Below, in pieces: positions 15,834-25,144 of a stretch of DNA of 25,144 nucleotides. The first letter of the stretch is position 1; the number at the start of each line of letters is the position of its first letter. The notes under the pieces are model-generated. The model was given only the letters and a program-made list of their open reading frames with translations, was not told the DNA's origin and searched no databases. The DNA is from an uncultured bacterium (GTDB taxonomy: Bacteria; Abyssobacteria; SURF-5), in NCBI GenBank assembly GCA_964607485.1, contig CAZSKP010000056.1, forward strand, positions 1 through 25,144, in the 5' to 3' direction. Position numbers and translations under genes: made by a program.

Positions 15834-16970
15834 ATGAAAGGTACTATTCTTGATTTCCAGATAGCGGGGAACGAGCTCTGGCGAATTGTGATTGTGTTCT
15901 TCATCCTGCTCGTTTCATTCGTCGTCGGCAGGATAGTGGCTTTCGCAATGGCCCGCAACGCCAAGCGGAAGGAACAGGCGGGCGAAGAAATCACCCTCTC
16001 GAAATTGATACTTCGGTCGGCCTCGGGCCCGGCAACATTCCTCATCTTCGCGGGTGCGCTCGACATCTCTTTCCTATTCCTGGAGATGACCGACCAGGTC
16101 AGGCAAACTGCTAACACGCTCGTACAGCTTTTCGTCTCGATCGGCATCGCTTATTTCTTGTATCGACTCGTCGATGTGGCCGAATACTACCTCAACCGCT
16201 ACGCGGCGAAAACGGACAGCAAGCTCGATGACATGCTGATACCGCTCGTCCGGAAAACGTTTCGAGTGGTCATCGTCATCATCGCGGGGCTGTACATCGC
16301 CGAGAGCATCTCGGGCAAGCCGATGAGCACGATCATAGCGGGCCTGGGGCTGGGCGGCCTGGCGTTTGCGCTCGCCGCGCAGGATTCGATAAAGAACTTC
16401 TTCGGCTCGGTCATGATTCTGCTCGACAAGCCGTTTTCAGTCGGCGAACGCGTCTCCATCGACGGCTACGACGGTCCGGTCGAGGAGGTCGGCTTCCGCT
16501 CGACGAAGATACGCACGCTGACGGGCCACGTCGTTACCATCCCGAACGATAAGACCGCCTCCAGTACGATCGAAAACATCGGGCGGCGGCCCTATATCAG
16601 ACGGCTCTTTAATGTGACGATCACCTATGACACTCCCCCGGATAAGGTCGAGCGCGCCGTGAAGATCATCGAGGGAATCCTCGAGAACCACGAGGGAATG
16701 CATCCCGACTTTCCGCCGCGAGTGTTTTTCAACGATTTCAACGACGCATCGCTCAACATCATCGTCATCTACTGGTATCACCCGCCCGATTATTGGCAAT
16801 TCCTCGCATTCACGCATAAGGTCAACATGCAGATCTTGCGGGCGTATGAGGAGGAGGGAATCGAGTTCGCCTTCCCGACGCAGACGCTCTATCTTGCCAA
16901 CGACGAGCGCCGCCAGCTTGCGCTCAAGTTGCTCGGGGAGGGCATTGAACAGAGGCCGCAATCCCGATAG
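15834..16970 (+). CDS. MscS-family mechanosensitive channel
   Basis: Several TM segments, GLGGLAFALAAQDSIKNFFGS, DKPFSVGERV, GFRSTKIRT, IPN, GIEFAFPTQT. Confidence 0.93.
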   Translation: MKGTILDFQIAGNELWRIVIVFFILLVSFVVGRIVAFAMARNAKRKEQAGEEITLSKLILRSASGPATFLIFAGALDISFLFLEMTDQVRQTANTLVQLFVSIGIAYFLYRLVDVAEYYLNRYAAKTDSKLDDMLIPLVRKTFRVVIVIIAGLYIAESISGKPMSTIIAGLGLGGLAFALAAQDSIKNFFGSVMILLDKPFSVGERVSIDGYDGPVEEVGFRSTKIRTLTGHVVTIPNDKTASSTIENIGRRPYIRRLFNVTITYDTPPDKVERAVKIIEGILENHEGMHPDFPPRVFFNDFNDASLNIIVIYWYHPPDYWQFLAFTHKVNMQILRAYEEEGIEFAFPTQTLYLANDERRQLALKLLGEGIEQRPQSR

Positions 16971-16994
16971 CGGAAGGAAAGCGTCAAGGCTCCA

Positions 16995-18017
16995 CTACCG
17001 GCGCTGCGCGAACTCCTCTAGCACGGCGATTGCGTTTGCGGTGGGGACATCTGCCATGAGAGGTTTTGCCGGAGCAAGGATGTAGCCGCCGCCCCGACCC
17101 AGTTTGGCGATGAGCCGGCGAATTTCACCCCTGACTTCCTCCGGAGTTCCAAACGGCAGAACCTGCTGCGTGCCGAGACCGCCCCACAGCCGGAGCTCTT
17201 TTCCGTATCTCCGTTTTATCTCATACACGTCCATCGCCTCAGGCTGAAGCGACTCGAGCACGTCCAGCCCCATCTCTATCATGTCGGGGACAACCTCGAA
17301 ATTGTTGCCGCAGCAGTGCAGCGCCGCGACTTTGCCTGCATCGCGGATACGGTCGAAAAGCTTCTTCGCGCGCGGCTTGATCAATCGCCGCCACCTGTCG
17401 GGGCCGAGGATGATGCCGCGCTGGTGGCTCCAATCGTCTTGAACCTGTATGCAATCTATCGGCAGCTCGCAGAGCCTGTCGATGAGCGCAAGATGCAGGT
17501 CCGTAATCCGGTCGAGCATTTCTCCGTAGAAATCCGGATGCAGGACGCTGTCAACCAGCGCGTTCTCGAATCCCCGAAGCTTCCACGACGTCTCGAACAA
17601 GCCCGAGCCATACTGTCCCACGAGGAATGCGTCTCGGTTCTCATTGATGATCGATTCGGCGCTGGCATCGTCAAACGCATCGAGAATTGTTTTTCGCACC
17701 GCGTCGAAATCGTATCCTTTCAGAATCGGCTCCTCGAGGGGAGAACCGACGAGGTGAATCGGGCGCGCGTGCGGATCCCACACGCAGCCGTATTCGTCCT
17801 TCACGCAGTTGTCGCCGACGAACTCCATCGAGGAAAAGTACGGGAAACTCACGAATGCGATGTGCTTCTGTATCATCCTTTCCCATTCGTTTCCACCATA
17901 GTGTTCGTTCAGGCGCTCCTCGACCTCGGGCTCGATGATGACATCGTACGGAACGATGTCGGTCTCCTCGTATGCGAGAGCGGCCACGACGCGCTCTTTC
18001 GGGGTGGGGCTTTGCAT
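16995..18017 (-). CDS. Uroporphyrinogen decarboxylase / MtaA-CmuA-like family protein
   Basis: TPKERV N-terminus, LRGFEN, DDWSHQRG, HCCGN, LQPEAMD, GTPEEVR, GGGYILAP. Confidence 0.85.
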   Translation of the reverse strand: MQSPTPKERVVAALAYEETDIVPYDVIIEPEVEERLNEHYGGNEWERMIQKHIAFVSFPYFSSMEFVGDNCVKDEYGCVWDPHARPIHLVGSPLEEPILKGYDFDAVRKTILDAFDDASAESIINENRDAFLVGQYGSGLFETSWKLRGFENALVDSVLHPDFYGEMLDRITDLHLALIDRLCELPIDCIQVQDDWSHQRGIILGPDRWRRLIKPRAKKLFDRIRDAGKVAALHCCGNNFEVVPDMIEMGLDVLESLQPEAMDVYEIKRRYGKELRLWGGLGTQQVLPFGTPEEVRGEIRRLIAKLGRGGGYILAPAKPLMADVPTANAIAVLEEFAQRR

Positions 18018-18094
18018 TAGCGATTCTCCCTATCTGCGTCCATCGTTGTTTATCGGCGGTTCCATCCTCTGCTCTCTTCATCCTTTGAAGGTTG

Positions 18095-18334
18095 TTACGA
18101 GAGCAGTCCGAGTCGTTTGAGGTCGTCTTCCGTCCAGCCGATATCGTCAATCATATGCCTGAGCGTTCCTATCGGAAAAGTATCGCTTGACTTGTGGTAA
18201 GAGACGACGACTCTCCTACCGTCAGGGTGGCGATACATATGATGGCTGCCCCTGGTTCGGGCGAGGGAAAAGCCTTCTTTCTGGAGGGCGGTGATCAGTT
18301 TTCGGGCGGTAAGGTTTCTTGGAATCCGACTCAT
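18095..18334 (-). CDS. hicA: HicA-family toxin
   Basis: LQKEGF...RGSHHMYRHPDGRRVVV..H...GTLRHM, 79 aa, basic. Confidence 0.9.
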   Translation of the reverse strand: MSRIPRNLTARKLITALQKEGFSLARTRGSHHMYRHPDGRRVVVSYHKSSDTFPIGTLRHMIDDIGWTEDDLKRLGLLS

Positions 18335-18585
18335 ACAGTTACTGCTACGCTCGGTGAACGAACCTCCAGGACACCCTTCTCAGGCGCGACAGCAATTTGT
18401 TCTCCTCTATCAAACAGGTCCTGGACATAGAGTTCGACGGCTTCCTCGATGTTTTTCAGAGCCTCGTTATACGTGTGACCCCACGTGTGACAGCCCTTGA
18501 GGCCGGGGCAAAACGCATGATACGCCTCGCGACCATCTTCGAACTGGTCCTTTTCGATCACCACCTCAAAGACATAGGTTTTCAC
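18331..18585 (-). CDS. hicB: HicB-family antitoxin (short form)
   Basis: YHAFCPGLKGCHTWGHTYNEALKNIEEAVELY. GTG start after AAGGAGG. ATGA overlap with hicA. Confidence 0.9.
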   Translation of the reverse strand: MKTYVFEVVIEKDQFEDGREAYHAFCPGLKGCHTWGHTYNEALKNIEEAVELYVQDLFDRGEQIAVAPEKGVLEVRSPSVAVTV

Positions 18586-18747
18586 AAGCTTCCCTCCTTC
18601 CCTGCATCCTTAATAGTATTGAGCGGACTGATACTTTATGGAATCCACAATATCTTATCAGATTTGTGAGGCCGGGACAAGGTCTCGGCGGCTTCTCAAT
18701 GGGGACAGAATCCGAAGGGAATGCAGGGCGTTCGCGTTATCAAGGCT

Positions 18748-18775
18748 TGTCACCATAATCTATCTTATGACGAAT
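18748..18775. other. dif-like (Xer) recombination site candidate
   Basis: TGTCACCATAA-TCTATC-TTATGACGAAT, an 11-6-11 layout with the CATAA-N6-TTATG core. Confidence 0.4.
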
Positions 18776-18818
18776 ACGTTACAGGCACGTCTGTATGCTT
18801 ACTGACGGAATGTGCAAG

Positions 18819-19592
18819 TTATCGTGCCGGATCCATGCCCTTGCTGTTCGGTGCAGCCGGGTTGCGGAGACGCCCAGCCTCATCAAAGAGCAGATCATAC
18901 AGGATCTCAAAGTAAGTATTCAGCAACGACTCGATGGATTCGTTCGTGCGCTCAATCCAGGCACGCTTCGCCTTGCGCACCTCGCGGTAGGTGCGCTCGT
19001 ACAAACTGGCGTAAGCCTGGCTCTCGTTCCGAATAACCTCGAATGTCCCCAGCCTGATGAAATCCTGGTCCATAAGGGCATGGCGCTGTTCGTGAACGTG
19101 GGCTCCACGAATTCTTGTGAAGCCCGATAAGACAGCGCTGAAATGTTTGCTGATCGCTTTGCTTGCGACATCGATCTCGCGACTGCGGGAGTCAGCTTTG
19201 AATAGGCGCGAGATGACGGTGAGGTACTGCTTCATCCTCTCGCGCAAGAGATAGATTTCGTTCAGGTAGTTCTCAACGTGATACCGGAGATAGGCGCCTT
19301 TCTCTATGCCGGCGTGCCGATACGGGAAACGACTGATGTAGACCGGGATGTTGCGAAGATTCTTTACAGACTCAAGAATCTCCACGAACCCGAAGAAAAG
19401 TCGTTCGACAGCGGCTTCGTGGGGGGGCATCTGTCGGCGCTCCGGTGGATGCTTACTGTGGGGATGGCCGAGATACTTGCTAATCGAGTACTGGGCCAAC
19501 GCGTGGTCGCTTTCCTGCATCCCATCGATGAGGTTGCCGGCCTCGTGAGTTATCGCAATACTGAAGTGGTCAAAAGCAGACATTGCCCACAT
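18819..19592 (-). CDS. HEPN-domain protein (Cthe_2314-like)
   Basis: Helical protein with YLRYHVENYLNEIYLLRERM and the Rx4H motif RGAHVH. Start may be ATG 19583. Confidence 0.65.
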   Translation of the reverse strand: MWAMSAFDHFSIAITHEAGNLIDGMQESDHALAQYSISKYLGHPHSKHPPERRQMPPHEAAVERLFFGFVEILESVKNLRNIPVYISRFPYRHAGIEKGAYLRYHVENYLNEIYLLRERMKQYLTVISRLFKADSRSREIDVASKAISKHFSAVLSGFTRIRGAHVHEQRHALMDQDFIRLGTFEVIRNESQAYASLYERTYREVRKAKRAWIERTNESIESLLNTYFEILYDLLFDEAGRLRNPAAPNSKGMDPAR

Positions 19593-19623
19593 TCCAATCG
19601 AGCGTGGTCCGGCAACGTGCCGC

Positions 19624-22076
<2,453 letters not shown>

Positions 22077-22208
22077 AGTTCTTCTCCTTACGTAAAAGAA
22101 AGCGACGTTGGGGCGAACAAACAAAAAACTTCCACGCATTCCCCCGCCGGATGAAGCTTGTCCGGACGACGGAAGCGGGAGATTGTGGTCATAGGCTGAG
22201 AACGGGGC

Positions 22209-22919
22209 CTAACGCTTGAATTGATTAATCAGCAGGTTGCAGTCAAGCCGGATACCGGGACCCATCGTCGAGGATAACGTTGCAACGCGCAGAAACTGCC
22301 CCTTTGCTGCGGACGGCTTCGCCCTCACAATAGCCTCGAAAACCGCGACGGCATTCGCATAAATCTGCTCTTCAGTGAATGAAACCTTCGCTATGGGCAC
22401 ATGGATGTTGGCGTTCTTGTCAACCCTGAACTCGATCTTGCCGGCTTTTATCTCCTTGACGGCCTTATCGACGTCGAACGTTACGGTGCCCGACTTCGGC
22501 GACGGCATCAGTCCTCTCGGGCCGAGAACACGCCCGAGCTTGCCGACGCTGCTCATCATGTCGGGAGTCGCAATTGTGGCGTCGAAATCAAGCCAGCCCC
22601 CCTTCACCTTCTCTATCATGTCTTCGGCCCCGACGAAATCGGCGCCGGCATCCTTCGCCTCGCCGACCTTCTCTCCTTTGGCGAACACCAGCACGCGCAC
22701 CTTCTTGCCCGTGCCGTGCGGAAGCGAAGTGGTTCCGCGCACCATCTGGTCGGCCTGCCTGGGGTCAACGCCCAGTTTCAGAGCGAGCTCGACGGTTTCG
22801 TCGAATTTGGCGCTCGCGGTCTTTTTCACGATAGCGACCGCCTCGCGAAGGTCGTACCCCTTGGACGTATCAACCTCGGCGCGAGCCGCCGCCATCCTCT
22901 TGCTCACACGTTTGCCCAT
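22209..22919 (-). CDS. rplA: 50S ribosomal protein L1
   Basis: [28 protein letters not shown]. Confidence 0.98.
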   Translation of the reverse strand: MGKRVSKRMAAARAEVDTSKGYDLREAVAIVKKTASAKFDETVELALKLGVDPRQADQMVRGTTSLPHGTGKKVRVLVFAKGEKVGEAKDAGADFVGAEDMIEKVKGGWLDFDATIATPDMMSSVGKLGRVLGPRGLMPSPKSGTVTFDVDKAVKEIKAGKIEFRVDKNANIHVPIAKVSFTEEQIYANAVAVFEAIVRAKPSAAKGQFLRVATLSSTMGPGIRLDCNLLINQFKR

Positions 22920-22950
22920 GTTCCTCTTTCCTCCCGAACCGAAGGCGCCT

Positions 22951-23376
22951 CTATCCGGCGATCTCTATGCCCATGCTGCGCGCAGTGCCTTCGATCATCC
23001 TCATGGCCGCCTCGACGCTCGCGGCGTTGAGGTCGGGCATCTTCGTCTTGGCTATCTCACGCAACTGTTCGCGCGTAATCGAGCCCACCTTTTCCCGGTT
23101 GGGCTCGCCCGAGGCCTTTGCCAGCTTTGCCGCCTTCTTGAGCAGGACGGCCGCCGGCGGAGTCTTGGTTATGTAAGTGAACGACCTGTCGGCGAAAACA
23201 GTGATAACCACCGGTATGATGAGACCCTGCTTGTCCTTGGTTTTCTCGTTGAACGATTTGCAGAACTCCATGATATTGACCCCGTGCTGGCCGAGGGCCG
23301 GGCCGACGGGGGGAGCCGGGTTGGCCTGCCCGCCGGGTACATGAAGCTTTATCATCGCCTTTACTTTCTTTGCCAT
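22951..23376 (-). CDS. rplK: 50S ribosomal protein L11
   Basis: [30 protein letters not shown]. Confidence 0.98.
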   Translation of the reverse strand: MAKKVKAMIKLHVPGGQANPAPPVGPALGQHGVNIMEFCKSFNEKTKDKQGLIIPVVITVFADRSFTYITKTPPAAVLLKKAAKLAKASGEPNREKVGSITREQLREIAKTKMPDLNAASVEAAMRMIEGTARSMGIEIAG

Positions 23377-23397
23377 CTTCGGACTGCTCCTTCGATT

Positions 23398-24519
23398 CTA
23401 TATTTTTTCGACTTGCCAGAATTCGAGTTCGACCGAGGTCAACCGTTCGAATATCTCCACCATGACCTTGAGCTTGCCCCGTTCGGGGTTGACCTCATCG
23501 ACGTACCCCATGAAATTAGTGAAAGGTCCTTCGATAATCTTCACCTTTTCGTCTTTCTCAAAGCTTACTTTCGGCTTGGGCTTCTTCTGCTCGCCCCGCA
23601 TCTGCTCGAAGATCGATTCGACCTCTTCGGGCTCGAGCGGCGTGGGCATTTTGCCGGAACCTATGAACCCGGTGACTCCGGGCGTCGTGCGGATGAGATA
23701 CCATGTCTTGTGGGTCAACTTCATTTCCACCAAGACGTAACTCGGGAAAATCTTCCGACTGCTGATCCGCTTCTTTCCGCCCTTCACCTCGGCCACTTCC
23801 TCGGAGGGAATGAGAACCTGAGAGACGAGATGCTCCAGATGCTCCTGTCTGACCCTGTTTTCCAGGCTCTGCCTCACTTTGTTTTCGTGGCCCGAATGCG
23901 CGTGAATGACATACCATCTCTTCTCGGCGGTCTCTTCCTCGGGAAGGGTGGTCAGCCTGTCCGCCCTTGGCTTGGCGACACGGGGCTTTTTCTCGGCCAC
24001 CTCTTCCGCCGGAGCCGGCCGTGTGAGAGGCTCGGCCTCGACAGGCTCGGCTTCGCCTGCGGCCTCCGGTTCTGAAACCTGCTGCTCGGCCGGCGCCTCC
24101 TCCGCAGATTCCGGTTCCGGGAGGGGCTCCCCCGCTTCGGCCTCCTCGACCGCTTCGGCCTCTGGCTCGGGCAATGGTTGTTCGGCCGGAGCTTCCTCGG
24201 TCGCAGCCTCGACGGTTTCAGACTCGTCGCCGGTCGCGGTCACGGAAGCGGGTTGCGCGGTTTCCTCTGCGGCCGGTGGCTCGGCGCCCTCCGGCTCGGC
24301 TTCGGCGCCCTCCGGCTCGGCTTCGCCGACATCCGGCTCGGTGGACGAAGGCGCAGAAGGCGGCTCTTCAGATTCGGAGGATACCAATGCCTCCTCCTCC
24401 TCTTCCTCGCCGGACGTTTCTTCCTGAACAGCTTCAGGAGGCTGGGTCGGCTGCTCCTCTTTGGAGGCCTCCGCCTGTTCTTGTTCCTGAGTTTCCTTTT
24501 CTTCGTTCTCTGGCGTCAT
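23398..24519 (-). CDS. nusG: Transcription termination/antitermination factor NusG with a long acidic N-terminal extension
   Basis: [35 protein letters not shown] motif VKIIEGPF. Probable start is ATG 24519 or 24525, just after the secE stop. Confidence 0.93.
   Translation of the reverse strand: MTPENEEKETQEQEQAEASKEEQPTQPPEAVQEETSGEEEEEEALVSSESEEPPSAPSSTEPDVGEAEPEGAEAEPEGAEPPAAEETAQPASVTATGDESETVEAATEEAPAEQPLPEPEAEAVEEAEAGEPLPEPESAEEAPAEQQVSEPEAAGEAEPVEAEPLTRPAPAEEVAEKKPRVAKPRADRLTTLPEEETAEKRWYVIHAHSGHENKVRQSLENRVRQEHLEHLVSQVLIPSEEVAEVKGGKKRISSRKIFPSYVLVEMKLTHKTWYLIRTTPGVTGFIGSGKMPTPLEPEEVESIFEQMRGEQKKPKPKVSFEKDEKVKIIEGPFTNFMGYVDEVNPERGKLKVMVEIFERLTSVELEFWQVEKI
24281..24322. repeat. Perfect 21-nt tandem duplication in the nusG extension
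   Basis: TCGGCGCCCTCCGGCTCGGCT twice, encoding repeated EAEPEGA units. Confidence 0.9.
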
Positions 24520-24535
24520 GTTCATTCCAATACTG

Positions 24536-24724
24536 TCAGAGGCCGAGGATTCGGGTGATGACCACATAGAGCATGTAGTCAACGACCCCGAGGAACACGG
24601 TCACGATGGCGACCAACACAAGCACCACACCGGTGGAATTGAGGAGGTCCTTCCGTGTCGGCCAGGCCACCTTCTCCATCTCGGCCTTCACCTTTTTGAT
24701 GTAATCAATGATTTTCTTAATCAT
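24536..24724 (-). CDS. secE: Preprotein translocase subunit SecE
   Basis: EMEKVAWPTRKDL plus one TM helix, located between tRNA-Trp and nusG. Confidence 0.93.
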   Translation of the reverse strand: MIKKIIDYIKKVKAEMEKVAWPTRKDLLNSTGVVLVLVAIVTVFLGVVDYMLYVVITRILGL

Positions 24725-24760
24725 TATCGCTTCGGCCCGTTCCTGCGATAACATAAAACG

Positions 24761-24838
24761 TGGCAGGCCTGGAGGGACTCGAACCCCCATCATCCGGTTT
24801 TGGAGACCGGCGCTCTAACCAATTAGAGCTACAGGCCT
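24761..24838 (-). tRNA. tRNA-Trp (CCA)
   Basis: Cloverleaf AGGCCTG...CCGGT-CTCCAAA-ACCGG...TTCGAGT...CAGGCCTG-CCA, with encoded CCA end. Confidence 0.97.
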
Positions 24839-24896
24839 GCACCCAAATCAACTTTCCGGGCCATTCACAGCGCCCGCCATCTTTCTTCTTTGTGTC

Positions 24897-25046
24897 CTAC
24901 TTGGTCTCGCGATGTGGGGTATGCGACTGGCAGAACTTGCAATACTTCCGCAGCTCCAATTTCTCCGGATGCTTCTTCTTATCCTTCGTTGTCGTATAAT
25001 TTCGCTGCTTGCATTCGCTGCATGCGAGCGTTATGATCTCTCTCAT
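24897..25046 (-). CDS. rpmG: 50S ribosomal protein L33 (Zn-binding, two CxxC)
   Basis: Hand translation: [49 protein letters not shown]. Confidence 0.96.
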   Translation of the reverse strand: MREIITLACSECKQRNYTTTKDKKKHPEKLELRKYCKFCQSHTPHRETK

Positions 25047-25090
25047 ATCTCGTTCCTGCTCTCCAGACCGTCAATTACGGCTCGGTACGC

Positions 25091-25144
25091 CTATTCGATG
25101 ACTTCGGAGACGACGCCCGCGCCGACGGTGCGGCCGCCCTCGCG
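25091..25144 (-). CDS. tuf: Elongation factor Tu, C-terminal end only
   Basis: REGGRTVGAGVVSEVIE-stop. Confidence 0.93.
   Translation of the reverse strand, partial: REGGRTVGAGVVSEVIE

Overview
GC-rich bacterial chromosomal window. Left end: a minus-strand glycogen operon (glgC, glgA, GalT-like, and a GH57 glycoside hydrolase that runs off the window edge and is missing from the ORF track). Divergent from it is a three-gene operon with its own sigma70-type promoter and 10-bp-periodic operator-like repeats. It encodes an orphan MraZ-like regulator, a pseudo-receiver/DUF5678-like protein and a retropepsin-like aspartic protease. Next come a ~1090-aa protein with an MshEN/T2SSE_N-type head and helical repeats but no ATPase, and a low-GC XerC/D-like gene whose catalytic residues are largely substituted, bracketed by GTAG REP-like elements. 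The middle holds an FGE-sulfatase-domain lipoprotein, a DUF169-like protein, an acyl-CoA dehydrogenase, a C-GCAxxG-C-C protein with an in-frame TGA (likely selenocysteine), MscS, a URO-D-family protein, hicBA, a dif-like site and a HEPN protein. Right end: tuf (3' end), rpmG, tRNA-Trp, secE, nusG (with a ~195-aa acidic N-terminal extension), rplK and rplA, followed by metK and ahcY instead of rplJ/rplL. All family calls are from motif recognition by eye; no searches were run.
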